This document shows, one piece after another, positions 20,304-30,418 of a stretch of 64,000 bases of DNA. Origin of the DNA: Dehalococcoidia bacterium (GTDB taxonomy: Bacteria > Chloroflexota > Dehalococcoidia > UBA2979); NCBI GenBank assembly GCA_965219085.1, contig OZ244720.1, forward strand, positions 2,496,001-2,560,000, written 5' to 3'. Below the pieces are notes generated by a model. The model ran no database searches. It was given only the letters and a program-made list of their open reading frames with translations, and was not told where the DNA came from. How positions within the stretch are numbered: position 1 is the first letter of the stretch; every line of letters starts with the position of its first letter. The position numbers and the translations under genes were made by a program.

Positions 20304-21386
20304 GTGGGCGACGACGCAGCACTGGACGACGCCGCGAGGCGTGCCGCGACCGACTCGGGCGCGTTCTGGAAGCTCGTCGCCGGTCTCCCCGAGCAGGCCG
20401 CCGAGGCCTGGGACGCCGGCCGTGCCTGGGCAGGCGCGCAGTCCCTGCCGACGCCACGCCGCGTCGTGTTCGCCGGTATGGGCGGCTCCGGTATCGGCGC
20501 GGAGATGGTCGCGGCGCTCGGCTCGACCCGTACCACGACGCCCATCGAGGTGGTGCGCGACTACGTCCCGCCCGCCCTCGACGCCGATTCGCTGTTCGTC
20601 GCCTGCTCGTTCTCCGGGAACACGGAGGAGGTGCTCGCGGCGTTCGAGGCGGCGGGCGCGCAGGGCGCGACGCGGGTTGCCATCACCACGGGCGGGAAGC
20701 TCGCTGAGCATGCCGCTCGTGCGGGTGTGCCGACGTTCACGTTCGCCTTCGACGGTCCGCCGCGCACCGCGCTCGGCTACGGCCTGCTCCCGCTGCTCGC
20801 GCTGCTGCGCCGCGCGGGTGTGCTCCGCGTGGAGGACGAGGAAGTCGCAACGGCGATCGAGGTGCTTGCGCGTTGCGGCGAAGCGGCCGCGCCGGACGTG
20901 GCCGCGTCCTCGAACCTGTCCAAGCAGATCGCCCAACGGCTGGCCGGGCGCATCCCGGTCATCGTGGGTCCGGGCGTGCTCGGTGTGGCCGCCTCGCGCT
21001 GGGCGGGTGTGATCCCCGAGAACGCGAGCCAGTGGGCGCTGTCGGCGGAGCTGCCGGAACTCGACCACAACCTCGTCGCGGGCTTCGCGCTGCCGCCGGC
21101 GGCGCGGGAGCAACTGCACGTCGTGCTGCTCGACGGCACGGGTGTGCACCCGCGCAACCGCCGTCGCGTGGACGTCACCGCGACAGAGCTTCAGCGCGCG
21201 GGCGTCTCCTGCGAGATCGTGCACGTCGAGGGCTCCGGCGGCCTCGACTCGATGCTGCACGCCGCGTACATCGGCGACTGGGCGTCGTACTACCTCGGCC
21301 TGCTCAACGGCGTCGACCCGTTCGAGGTGGCGCCCATCGGCCGCGTGAAGGCCGCGCTTGCCGCGCCCGACGGCCCGATCGCGTAG
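20304..21386 (+). CDS. bifunctional phosphoglucose/phosphomannose isomerase (SIS domain)
   Basis: GMGGSGIG, SFSGNTEE, TTGGKL, PRTALG, LPELDHN. Confidence 0.9.
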   Translation: MGDDAALDDAARRAATDSGAFWKLVAGLPEQAAEAWDAGRAWAGAQSLPTPRRVVFAGMGGSGIGAEMVAALGSTRTTTPIEVVRDYVPPALDADSLFVACSFSGNTEEVLAAFEAAGAQGATRVAITTGGKLAEHAARAGVPTFTFAFDGPPRTALGYGLLPLLALLRRAGVLRVEDEEVATAIEVLARCGEAAAPDVAASSNLSKQIAQRLAGRIPVIVGPGVLGVAASRWAGVIPENASQWALSAELPELDHNLVAGFALPPAAREQLHVVLLDGTGVHPRNRRRVDVTATELQRAGVSCEIVHVEGSGGLDSMLHAAYIGDWASYYLGLLNGVDPFEVAPIGRVKAALAAPDGPIA

Positions 21387-21414
21387 CGGCAGACTCGACG
21401 CCCCCAGTCGTGAC

Positions 21415-21603
21415 CTACGGCTCGAAGATCGCCTCGATGGGTCGATCGAAGAGGGCGGCGATGCGGAAGGCGAGGGGGAGGCTCGGGTCGTACTTGCCGG
21501 TCTCGATGGAGTTCACGGTCTGACGGCTGACCTCGAGCTCGCGCGAGAGGTCGGCCTGCGTCCATCCCCGCTCGGCGCGCAGCTCGCGGAGAGTGTTCTT
21601 CAC
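21415..21603 (-). CDS. XRE-family HTH regulator
   Basis: VSRQTVNSIETGKYDPSLPLAFRIA; GTG start overlaps the upstream stop. Confidence 0.92.
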   Translation of the reverse strand: MKNTLRELRAERGWTQADLSRELEVSRQTVNSIETGKYDPSLPLAFRIAALFDRPIEAIFEP

Positions 21604-21992
21604 AGCCAGCGCTTCCTCGCGAGCCAGCCGCCGAGGATCCAGAGGCTGGCCATGATCGGCCACACCCACCACCAACTGATGCGCGGCAGGCCGGCCTGGT
21701 CGAGGAAGCCGTACGCGAGCGTGATGAGCGCCGTGCCACCGAACGCGAACGCGAGCGCCTCGAGGGCTATGCGCTGCTGGAGTTCGTCGCTGCTCCTCAA
21801 GAAGCGCACATAGGACACTACGACGAAGGTCGCCGGGATCATGGGGAGTGGGGCGATGGCATACCGCCACCCGGCGTCCTGATTGGTGTTCACGATGAAC
21901 CCGCAGACCCCGAGCAGAATCGCATACGCAAGAATCGCTACGAGGAATTCGCGGTTGAAGCGTCTCTTCGCAGTGTCGTGCCCGGTAGTCAT
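21600..21992 (-). CDS. four-TM membrane protein coupled to the XRE regulator
   Basis: DELQQRIALEA motif and four hydrophobic segments. Confidence 0.8.
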   Translation of the reverse strand: MTTGHDTAKRRFNREFLVAILAYAILLGVCGFIVNTNQDAGWRYAIAPLPMIPATFVVVSYVRFLRSSDELQQRIALEALAFAFGGTALITLAYGFLDQAGLPRISWWWVWPIMASLWILGGWLARKRWL

Positions 21993-22023
21993 CTGGTCCC
22001 CTTGATCCGTGCATCCTCTCGGC

Positions 22024-22070
22024 AGTCAAGTCTCCTTTACACGTCGAGCGATTGTCAAGTGGCCTTGACA
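22024..22070. promoter_or_regulatory. tandem palindromic operators upstream of the membrane protein/XRE pair
   Basis: Perfect TGTCAAG-N4-CTTGACA (22053-22070) and a 2-mismatch copy AGTCAAG-N4-CTTTACA (22024-22041). Confidence 0.7.
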
Positions 22071-22163
22071 TGCCGACGGAGCGGCCGGGGGTCAGTCGAG
22101 GGTGGGCGACGGCGATCGTACCCTGTGCGGCATGGCGTCGAGGACTGACGACGAGGCTCGGCC

Positions 22164-23930
22164 GTGAGCGTTGATGCGTGGCTGACCCTCGCGGTCATCG
22201 CGGTCACGGTCGTGGTGATGCTGCGCGGGCTCGCGCCGCCCTCGCTGGCGCTGCTCGGCGCAGCGGTCGTGCTCATGGCGGCGGGGGTGACCGAGCCCGA
22301 GCAGGCCCTCTCCGGGTTCGCCAACCCCGCGCCGTTCACCGTCGGCGCGCTGCTGGTGGTGGCGCGCGCGGTGCACGAGACGGGCGCCCTCGCGCCGGCG
22401 CTCTCGACGATGCTTGGCGGCGGGCGCAGCTTCCTGCAGGCAGGCGTGCGCCTGCTGGCGCCGACGGCGGCCGCCTCGGCGTTCCTCAGCAACACCTCGA
22501 TCGTCGCGATCCTGACGCCGGCCGTCCTGGAGTGGAGCGACCGGCAGGGCATGCCGCCGTCGCGCTACCTGATGCCGCTCTCCTTCGCTGCCGTGCTCGG
22601 CGGGACGATGACCGTGCTCGGCACCTCGACGAACGTGGCGGTGGCCGGGCTGGTCGAGAGCGCGGGGATGGCGCCGATCGGGCTCTTCGAGGTGGCGAAG
22701 CTCGGACTGCCGCTGACCGTCGTGGGCCTCGTCGTCATCGTCGTGCTGGCGCCGCGCGTGCTGCCACCGCGCGCCGGCCCGCGCGCGAGCCTCGGCGCCG
22801 GGTCCCGGGAATACACCATGGAAATGGTGGTCGAGTCCGGCGGCCCGCTCGAGGGCGCCGAGGTCGAGTCGGGCGGCCTGCGCAGCCTGAACGGCGTCTA
22901 CCTCGTGGAACTTGAGCGCCCCGGCTACACCATCGCGCCGGTGTCGCCGCGGACGGTGCTGCGCGGGGAGGACCGCCTGCGCTTCGTCGGGCGCGTCGAC
23001 GACGTTGTGGACCTCCACACCATCGACGGGCTGCGGTCGAGCGAGGACGGGCAGCTGGCGCAACTCGGCACCGACACGGGCGCGATCTACGAGGTGGTGC
23101 TGGGGCAGTCGTCGCCGGTGGTGGGGCAGACGATTCGCGACTCGGAGTTCCGTGGCCACTACCAGGCTGCCGTGCTGGCCGTGCACCGCGCCGGGCGCCG
23201 CATCGACGCGAAGCTTGGCGACGTGCAGATGCGCGTCGGCGATACGTTGCTGCTGATCGGTGACGATGACTTCGAGAGCCAGTGGGGCGAACAGCCCGAC
23301 TTCTTGCTGGTATCGGGCGTTGGTGAGCTCGCGCGCCGCGGCGTGCAGCGCCGCGCGCTGGTGGTCGCGCCGCTCGTCGCCGCGATGGTGGTGCTGGCCG
23401 CGACGGACGTCCTGACGCTGCTCGAGGCGGCCCTGCTGGCAGCGCTGGCGGTGGTCGCGCTGCGCGTGCTGACCCCGATCCAGGCGCGGAACGCGATCGA
23501 TCTCGACATCGTGGTGACGATCGCCTCGGCGTTCGGGCTCGCTGCGGCTATCCAGCAGTCCGGCCTCGCTGATCAGTTCGCGATGGGCATCGTCGACGTG
23601 TTCGATGGCCTCGGGCCGCGCGGCGTGCTGCTCGGCCTCGTGCTCGCCACGATCGTGCTCACGGAGCTGGTCACGAACAGCGCGGCGGCCGTGCTCATGT
23701 TCCCGGTCGCAGTCGCCGCCGCGCAGGCGACGGGGCTTGACCCGCGCAGCACGGCGATCGCCATCGCGATCACCGCGTCGGCGTCGTTCCTGACGCCGAT
23801 CGGCTACCAGACGAACATCATGGTCTACGGGCCGGGGGGCTATCGGTTCCCGGACTACGCGCGGCTCGGCGCACCGTTATCGCTCACGGTGATCATCGTC
23901 GTCGTGCTGGCGACGCCTGTGTTCTGGTAG
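22164..23930 (+). CDS. SLC13-family permease with TrkA-C domains (putative sulfate/dicarboxylate transporter)
   Basis: SAFLSNT, GTSTN, TELVTN, TPIGYQTNIMVYGPGGYRF. Confidence 0.92.
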   Translation: MSVDAWLTLAVIAVTVVVMLRGLAPPSLALLGAAVVLMAAGVTEPEQALSGFANPAPFTVGALLVVARAVHETGALAPALSTMLGGGRSFLQAGVRLLAPTAAASAFLSNTSIVAILTPAVLEWSDRQGMPPSRYLMPLSFAAVLGGTMTVLGTSTNVAVAGLVESAGMAPIGLFEVAKLGLPLTVVGLVVIVVLAPRVLPPRAGPRASLGAGSREYTMEMVVESGGPLEGAEVESGGLRSLNGVYLVELERPGYTIAPVSPRTVLRGEDRLRFVGRVDDVVDLHTIDGLRSSEDGQLAQLGTDTGAIYEVVLGQSSPVVGQTIRDSEFRGHYQAAVLAVHRAGRRIDAKLGDVQMRVGDTLLLIGDDDFESQWGEQPDFLLVSGVGELARRGVQRRALVVAPLVAAMVVLAATDVLTLLEAALLAALAVVALRVLTPIQARNAIDLDIVVTIASAFGLAAAIQQSGLADQFAMGIVDVFDGLGPRGVLLGLVLATIVLTELVTNSAAAVLMFPVAVAAAQATGLDPRSTAIAIAITASASFLTPIGYQTNIMVYGPGGYRFPDYARLGAPLSLTVIIVVVLATPVFW

Positions 23931-23952
23931 CGGCCAGCGAGGGACGCGCCGC

Positions 23953-25128
23953 CTACGCGGCGCCCCCGCTGTAAGCCTCGACGAGCACCTCGGCGACCTC
24001 TGGCCGTGTGAACTCCGGTGGCGGCGCCTCGCCGGCTTCGAGCATCTGCCGCACGCGCGTGCCCGACAGGAAGACGTGGGCATCGTTGCCGTGCGGGCAG
24101 GTGTGCGAGCTGGCCATGCCCTCGCAGCTCACGCAATAGAAGCTGTGCTCGAACTTGAGCGGCTGGATCGCCAGCGCGCCGGGCTCGAGTTCGTCGAAGA
24201 TCTCCTGCGCTTCGTACGTGCCGTAGTAGTCGCCGACGCCCGCGTGGTCGCGGCCGACGATGAAGTGAGAGCAGCCGTAGTTCTGGCGCATGATTGCGTG
24301 GAAGATCGCCTCGCGCGGCCCCGCGTAGCGCATCGAGGCGGGGAGCACGGACAGCACGACGCGGTCCTGGGCGTAGTAGCCGTCGAGCAGCACCTGGTAG
24401 CAGCGCATCCGCACGTCGGCCGGTATGTCGCCTTCCTTGGTCTCGCCCACGAGCGGGTGCAGCAGCAGGCCGTCGACGACCTCGAGCGCGACCTTCGTGA
24501 GGTACTCGTGCGCGCGGTGCACGGGGTTGCGCGTCTGGAATCCGACGACGGTCTTCCAGCCACGCTCGGCGAACGCGGCGCGAGTCTGCGCCGGCGTCAG
24601 CCGGTGCGCGGGGAACTCGGGATCGGGCGGCAGCGCGAAGACGCGCACCGGCCCGCCGAGCAGCATGTCGGCCTGCTCGTTGACCGCCTCTACACCCGGG
24701 TGCGCCGGGTCGTTGGTGCGGTAGACCTGCTCCGCCTCGCGCTCACGGTCGTAGGCGTAGGCGTCGCCGGCGTCCATCACGGCGAGCAGCGTGCCGTCCT
24801 CGGTGGCGAGGGCGATCTCGCGGCCGGCGAGCTCCGCGGCTTGCCCGGACGTGACGGGGAGCGTGATCGGCACGCTCCACACGGCGCCGTCGGCGAGGCG
24901 CATGCCCTCGACGACGGCACGGTAGTCGGCCTCGTCCATGAAGCCGCCGAGGGGGCTGAGCGCGCCCACGGCGAGCAGTTCGAGGTCGGTGACCTGGCGC
25001 ACGCCGAGCCGCAGCACGGGCAGCTCTTGCGCCATCTCCGCGAGCGCCACGACCTCCTCGTGCGTGACGAGCAGTTCACGGAGCACGCCGCCGTGCGGGG
25101 GGACGAGTTGCGATGTGTCGGGGCTCAT
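23953..25128 (-). CDS. sat: sulfate adenylyltransferase
   Basis: [32 protein letters not shown]; ATG at 25128. Confidence 0.96.
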   Translation of the reverse strand: MSPDTSQLVPPHGGVLRELLVTHEEVVALAEMAQELPVLRLGVRQVTDLELLAVGALSPLGGFMDEADYRAVVEGMRLADGAVWSVPITLPVTSGQAAELAGREIALATEDGTLLAVMDAGDAYAYDREREAEQVYRTNDPAHPGVEAVNEQADMLLGGPVRVFALPPDPEFPAHRLTPAQTRAAFAERGWKTVVGFQTRNPVHRAHEYLTKVALEVVDGLLLHPLVGETKEGDIPADVRMRCYQVLLDGYYAQDRVVLSVLPASMRYAGPREAIFHAIMRQNYGCSHFIVGRDHAGVGDYYGTYEAQEIFDELEPGALAIQPLKFEHSFYCVSCEGMASSHTCPHGNDAHVFLSGTRVRQMLEAGEAPPPEFTRPEVAEVLVEAYSGGAA

Positions 25129-25682
25129 TGGGCGGCTCCGGTCGGGATCAACTCCTGGGACTCGAGGTAGCTCACGATCGCGCCGAGCGATTGCTCCTCG
25201 GTCTGCGACTCGGAGTTGACGCGGACCTCGGGATGCTCGGGCGCCTCGTACGGGTCGGAGATGCCGGTGAAGTTCTGAATCTCGCCGCGCAGGGCCTTCT
25301 CGTAGAGGCCCTTGACGTCGCGGCGGGTCAACTCCTCGATGGAGCAATCGACGTGGATCTCGACGAACTCGGCAGGCTCGTCGGCGATGCTGGCGCGCAC
25401 CTCGTTGCGGATCTGCTCGTACGGGGAGATGGCCGCGGTGATGACGGCCACGCCGTTGCGGGACAGCAGCCGCGCGACGTACCCGATGCGCCGGATGTTG
25501 GTGTCGCGGTCCTCCTTGGAGAACCCGAGCCCCCTGGAGAGGTTCGTGCGCACCTCGTCACCGTCGAGGACCTCTACGTTGCGTCCGCGTGCCGTGAGCA
25601 CGGGCGCGAGGTATTCGGCGAGTGTCGATTTACCGGAGCCGGAGAGGCCCGTGAACCACAGGATGATGCCGCGATCACTCAC
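25125..25682 (-). CDS. cysC: adenylyl-sulfate kinase
   Basis: [33 protein letters not shown]. Confidence 0.96.
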   Translation of the reverse strand: MSDRGIILWFTGLSGSGKSTLAEYLAPVLTARGRNVEVLDGDEVRTNLSRGLGFSKEDRDTNIRRIGYVARLLSRNGVAVITAAISPYEQIRNEVRASIADEPAEFVEIHVDCSIEELTRRDVKGLYEKALRGEIQNFTGISDPYEAPEHPEVRVNSESQTEEQSLGAIVSYLESQELIPTGAAQ

Positions 25683-25913
25683 TGTCTGAAGCTCCTGTCT
25701 GCGCCCTGGACGGGCGCGATCCGATCGGCGGCTACTGTACCGTCATTCGCCGCTACGGACGCGCCGAAGGGCGTTGGGATGCCCTCCCGCTGCGGCGGGC
25801 TGGACATGTGTGGCAATATGCGGAGAACCGTACCGCGCGGTGGCCGGCAGGCGGCCCGCAAGGGCATCGGTCATGCGCGGCGGATTCGGACGACATCGGC
25901 AGAGGGGGTAGAC

Positions 25914-26099
25914 GTGCCAGAGGCTCGCAGCGTGACGACGGGAGATCACGTCCACCACTGGATTCTGTCGGAGCCGTCGGGCGGGGAAGTGCCGGGGCGC
26001 TGCAAGGGGTGCGGGGAGACTCGAGAGTTCCCGGCGAACCCCTCGAACCCGTACCTGCGAGGACTGGCGAAGAAGCGCCCGACGCGCCGCGAGTCGTAA
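25914..26099 (+). CDS. small putative Zn-ribbon protein
   Basis: HVHHWIL...GRCKGCGETREF; GTG start after GAGGGGG. Confidence 0.6.
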   Translation: MPEARSVTTGDHVHHWILSEPSGGEVPGRCKGCGETREFPANPSNPYLRGLAKKRPTRRES

Positions 26100-26381
26100 G
26101 CCTCCGGCGCATCGCTTCTTGCTGCTCGCGAGCGACGCGCCCGGCATCGGCCGGGCTCCGAGTGCGCGTCCGCATTGCATCGCGGACCAGAACGCGAGCC
26201 CCGGCACAGTCGCCGGGGCTTCTGCGTGGGCCGGCAGCGCCATGGGACGGCGGTCGTTCGCGCTGTTGAGGTAGCCTCGGTCGGCTCGTGCGTAGCGCTC
26301 CGGCGGCGACCAGGGCCCCGGCGCTCGCGGCAACCAGGGCCGGGCGGTCGCCTCGACGGGTCCCCTCGCGGTGACTGCGCG

Positions 26382-26636
26382 CTAGCGGCCGACCTTCTTC
26401 CAGAGCAGGATGCGCCTGGTCTTGTCCTCCCACGAGGAGCGAACCTTGGTCCCGGCTTCCCTTGCTGCTTCGGACAGGAGCCGCTTGATCCTGGTGGGAT
26501 TCTCACCTCGTCCGAGTTCGATCTTACCGGCATCGGAGGCACTCACGGCCTCGACATACTCAGCCCGCTCTTCGGCTGCCGATCGGGCGCGGCCAATGAG
26601 GACCTCGGAGGGCTCCATGGGAGTGAATTTGGGCAC
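26382..26636 (-). CDS. small hypothetical protein, possibly DNA-binding
   Basis: 84 aa, GAAGGAG RBS, basic C-terminal half. Confidence 0.6.
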   Translation of the reverse strand: MPKFTPMEPSEVLIGRARSAAEERAEYVEAVSASDAGKIELGRGENPTRIKRLLSEAAREAGTKVRSSWEDKTRRILLWKKVGR

Positions 26637-26773
26637 CGCTGGCTCCTTCGACTCATCTCATATCAGGCGCGGCTGAGCTTACGCAATACGCGTTGATTGA
26701 TCCAGTCGATTTGTTGGACAACAGCGCGCCTGAAGCGTACGGCGCTTACTCTTCCTTTTCGTGGTGGTGGTGA

Positions 26774-26790
26774 GAGCCCGTACCGGGCTC
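26774..26790 (-). terminator. hairpin downstream of the CoA-transferase operon
   Basis: GAGCCCG-TAC-CGGGCTC just after the last stop; no U-tract. Confidence 0.35.
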
Positions 26791-26802
26791 GTCGGAAACC
26801 GT

Positions 26803-26970
26803 TCAGCAACCTGGCTCACCGTGATTGCCGCAACACATCGAGAGCGTTCGTATCTTAGTCCAGTAGTTGCGGGTGAAGAGCCGCAGCTTCGTTGCGAACG
26901 GCGCGTCGTAGTCGCGCCAGTTGCGGCCGACGCCACCGAAACGCCCGATCCGGTCCTGTGGTTCCTGCAC
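26803..26970 (-). CDS. 55-aa protein ending in CCGNHGEPGC
   Basis: GTG start overlaps the CoA-transferase stop (TAGTG). Confidence 0.6.
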   Translation of the reverse strand: MQEPQDRIGRFGGVGRNWRDYDAPFATKLRLFTRNYWTKIRTLSMCCGNHGEPGC

Positions 26971-28292
26971 TACGGTATCGAGGGATCGTAGTCCATGCCG
27001 ATGTGACCGGCATGCTCGAACTCCTCGTACTCCGCGTCCGTGAAGCCCATGATCTCCTTGTAGACGTACTCGTTGTCCTCGCCGAGCCGAGGGGCGTGCC
27101 GCGCAGATCGAGGGTTCTGGCCGGTCGTGCTCCACAACGGGCCGGCGTGGCGTTGGGTTCCGGCCTCGGGGTGGGTGATCGTGCGCCAGAAGCCGCGTGC
27201 TTCGTGCTGCCGGTTCTCGAGTACGTCGCGCTCGTGCATGGCGACGCCGGCGGGGATGCCCTCGAGCTGCAGACGCTCCATCACCCAGTAGGCGTCCTTG
27301 ACCGCCGTCCACTCCGCGATGCGCGCATCGAGGGCGTCACGGTGTTCGTGCCGCGACTCCATGGTTGCGAAGCGCGGATCCGAGTCGAGTTCGAGCTGGT
27401 GCATCACCCCGCAGAGGCGGGCCCACTCCTCCTCGGACCGCGCCGCGATCGCGATCCAGCGGTCGGTGCCCCAGCACGGGTACACGTTGTGGGGCGCCAT
27501 CGTGGGGTGCGTGTTGCCGAGTTGCTCGTGGACGCGCCCGTTCATGGTGTAGTCCATGATGAAGTCGCCGATGAACGGGACGAAGTTCTCCGCTGTCGCT
27601 GCCTCGATGAGCAGCCCCTCGCCCGTCTTGCGTCGCTGGCGCAGCCCCATCAGGAACGCCAGGGCGCCTCCCACTCCGGACGCCGCGTCGGACGGCACGC
27701 CCGAGGGGGCGTAGTCGAGGCTGAGGTGGGGGTAGGCGCGCAGTACGGGGTGGCCGAGCAGCGCCTCCATGTGGTTGCCCCATGTGCGATAGCCGCGGTA
27801 CGGGCCGTCGAGGCCGAAGGCCGGCACGCGCAGCATCACGAACTGCGGGTTGATCTTCGACACGCGCTCCCACGTGATGCCCTGCTTCTCGATGTTGGGC
27901 GGCAAGTTGTTCTCGACCAGTCCGTCGGACTTCTCGATGAGCCGGTCGAGCACGGCCTGGCCCTCGGCCGTGCCGAGGTTGATGGTCACCGAGCGCTTGT
28001 TATGGCCGTGGTCGTTGAAGTTCGGTGCGCGGTTCCACGGCCGATCGCCCAGCAGGTCGTCGGGATACGCGCCCCCCTGGTTCGCGCTGTTGATCGCGAA
28101 CTCCGGCGGGGGGCGTGCGATCAGCCCGCGCGTCTGCGGCGCGAAGTGGTGCAGGGATTCCACGCGGATGATCTCCGCGCCCCAGTCCGCGAGCTGCATC
28201 GTGCCGTACGGGCCGGCCCACACCACCGTGAAGTCGATGATGCGGATGCCGTCCAGGGGGAGCCGCTTGCCGTCGGAAGGTAAGCTCGTCAT
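26970..28292 (-). CDS. CoA-transferase family III (CaiB/BaiF)
   Basis: DFTVVWAGP, GAEIIRVE, HNKRS, PSDAASG with the putative catalytic Asp, APRLGE. Confidence 0.92.
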   Translation of the reverse strand: MTSLPSDGKRLPLDGIRIIDFTVVWAGPYGTMQLADWGAEIIRVESLHHFAPQTRGLIARPPPEFAINSANQGGAYPDDLLGDRPWNRAPNFNDHGHNKRSVTINLGTAEGQAVLDRLIEKSDGLVENNLPPNIEKQGITWERVSKINPQFVMLRVPAFGLDGPYRGYRTWGNHMEALLGHPVLRAYPHLSLDYAPSGVPSDAASGVGGALAFLMGLRQRRKTGEGLLIEAATAENFVPFIGDFIMDYTMNGRVHEQLGNTHPTMAPHNVYPCWGTDRWIAIAARSEEEWARLCGVMHQLELDSDPRFATMESRHEHRDALDARIAEWTAVKDAYWVMERLQLEGIPAGVAMHERDVLENRQHEARGFWRTITHPEAGTQRHAGPLWSTTGQNPRSARHAPRLGEDNEYVYKEIMGFTDAEYEEFEHAGHIGMDYDPSIP

Positions 28293-28310
28293 CGCGCTGG
28301 TCTCCTCCCG

Positions 28311-29525
28311 CTAGATCACGCTGGCGTCGCGCAGCGCGCCGAGCTCGTCGGCGCTGAGGCCAAGCTCCCCGCCGAGCACGTCCTCGGTGTGTTCGCCGAG
28401 CAGCGGCGCGCGCTGGCGCTCCGGCATCGGCTCGCCGCGGTGCAGGGTGGAGTGGAAGCCGGGGTAGCGGATCGGGCCGGTCGTTGGGTGGTCGATCTCC
28501 TGGAAGAACTCCCGAGCCTGGAAGTTCACGTCCTCGAGCAGGTCGCCGACGGTGTTGAGCGGGCCGCCGAGGACGCCGAAGCGCTCGCACTCCGCGCGCA
28601 CCTCGGCCTTGGTGCGGGCCAGCAGCCACGGGATGAGGATCGTCGCGAACTCCTGGGCGCGCTCGGTCTTGGCGAGCTCGGCGACGCTCGACCAGTCGGG
28701 GTGCGAGAGCAGGTCCTCGCGGCCGACCATGCGGATCATGCGGTTGACGAGGCCGGCCCCCGCGTTGAGTGCGAAGTAGCCGTCGGCGCAGGGGAAGATG
28801 CCGCTGCCGATCGCCCCGGCGAGCCCGCCGCGGCCTGCCAGTTGCCCGTTGTACTGGTACGAGAGCGTGCGCCCGAGGCGGAGGTCGATGGAGTGGGTGT
28901 GCGCCTCGAAGATGCTGATGTCCAGGTGCTCACCCTCGCCGCTCATCTCCGCGCTCATCAGGCCCATCGAGGTGGCGAGCGCGGCAACGTAGCCGGCGTG
29001 GTACGTGGCGTGGTGGCCTGCCGTCTTCAGCGGCTCGTGGTCCGGGTCGCCGAAGCCGATCATGTTGCCCATGGCGAGCAGCGTCAGGTCCGTGCCCTGC
29101 CAGTCGCGGTAGGGGCCGTCCTGACCAAAGTTGCTGATCGAGGTCAGCACGACGCCGGGGTTCACCTCGCGCAGCACATCGAAGCCGAGACCCAGGCGGT
29201 CGAGCGTGCCGGGCGCGAAGTTCTCGATGACGACCTGCGCGCTCGCGGCGAGTTCGAGTGCGAGTTCGTGTCCTCGCGCGCTCTTGAGGTCGAGTGTGAC
29301 GCTCCGCTTGTTGGTGTTGAGCATCAGGAAGACGCCGCTGCGCTCCAGTCCGGGCTCGTCCTGGTAGAACGGCGGGAGCGAACGGGCGGGGTCGCCGGTG
29401 ACGGGCTGCTCGATCTTGATCACATCGGCGCCGTAGTCGCCGAGCACGCGGGTGCAGAACGGCCCGGAGGTGTAGCGCGTCAGGTCCAGTACACGGACGT
29501 CGTCGAGCGGCATCACGCCAGGCAC
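28311..29525 (-). CDS. CoA-transferase family III (CaiB/BaiF)
   Basis: VLDLT..SGP, GADVIKIE, NTNKRS, FGQDGPY, APLLGEHT. Confidence 0.92.
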   Translation of the reverse strand: MPGVMPLDDVRVLDLTRYTSGPFCTRVLGDYGADVIKIEQPVTGDPARSLPPFYQDEPGLERSGVFLMLNTNKRSVTLDLKSARGHELALELAASAQVVIENFAPGTLDRLGLGFDVLREVNPGVVLTSISNFGQDGPYRDWQGTDLTLLAMGNMIGFGDPDHEPLKTAGHHATYHAGYVAALATSMGLMSAEMSGEGEHLDISIFEAHTHSIDLRLGRTLSYQYNGQLAGRGGLAGAIGSGIFPCADGYFALNAGAGLVNRMIRMVGREDLLSHPDWSSVAELAKTERAQEFATILIPWLLARTKAEVRAECERFGVLGGPLNTVGDLLEDVNFQAREFFQEIDHPTTGPIRYPGFHSTLHRGEPMPERQRAPLLGEHTEDVLGGELGLSADELGALRDASVI

Positions 29526-29607
29526 GCGCAGCCTCCTCCCGGTGCGCCGGACACTCTAGCAGCAGCCTCCGAGGGCTGCCGTGCGGCGTCTTACGGCACG
29601 TCGGTGG

Positions 29608-30165
29608 TTACTCCCCGATGTCGCCGAGGTAGATGACCTCCGCCTCGGCGCTGTCCTCGGTGATGTCGAGCACCGCGACGTGGCCGAGCAGCATGCTCTG
29701 CTTGATCATCGAGGTGCTGCCGGGGTTGACGAACAGCACGTCCTGGAACGTCTCGACCATCGCCTCGTGCGTGTAGCCGAAGATCACGATGTCGACCGGC
29801 TCGCCAAAGACTTCCGTGAGTTCGTCCTGGACGTCGAGGCCCTCGGGGTACTTGGCGAGGGCGCCGGGGTAGATCTCGTCGACGATCGGCAGCAGCTCCA
29901 GCTTGTGGACGACGCCGACCTTTTGGCCCTCGAGTTCCAGCACCAGCGTGGTGCCGGTGCGCGGGGCTCCCTCGGCGAGGGCCGCGAAGCGCGACTTGGC
30001 CGACTCGACCGGCGCGATGCGGGCGAGCCACTCGAGGGCGGAGTCCGCGTAGATGTCCCCGGCGTGGACGATGAGGTCGACGCCCTCGAAGGCCGGGATC
30101 ACCTGTTCCGGGGGCGCGGGGCCCATGGACGGGATGTGGGTGTCTGAAATCACGCCAATCTTCAT
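29608..30165 (-). CDS. YfcE-family metallophosphoesterase
   Basis: ISDTH, HAGD, FGYTH, VNPGS; some metal ligands look substituted. Confidence 0.85.
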   Translation of the reverse strand: MKIGVISDTHIPSMGPAPPEQVIPAFEGVDLIVHAGDIYADSALEWLARIAPVESAKSRFAALAEGAPRTGTTLVLELEGQKVGVVHKLELLPIVDEIYPGALAKYPEGLDVQDELTEVFGEPVDIVIFGYTHEAMVETFQDVLFVNPGSTSMIKQSMLLGHVAVLDITEDSAEAEVIYLGDIGE

Positions 30166-30418
30166 GTTGTGTCCCTTCCGCGGGCATCTGCGAGAGTCGT
30201 CCGGATGGGAAGATAGCATCTGACGCCGCACCGCGGTTCCACGTCCGCCACAGCCGGCGTTCCCAGGCGTGATCGATCGTCGTCCTGCCGCGTGGCCGGC
30301 TGCGTTGCGGCATGCCGTGGCTCGGCCCGTTCGCCCACGCTGTTCGTCATGCAGGCTTTCGCGGTTCACGCCGTGTGTGATACTGCGAATCGCCCATCGA
30401 TCGAGGTTCGGAGACACC

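Noticed and set aside
30166-30418. Riboswitch or ncRNA in long intergenic regions (also 6696-6970, 26100-26381, 32957-33274)
   Set aside because: Only generic GC-rich hairpins; no conserved aptamer recognised; an Rfam/Infernal scan would be needed
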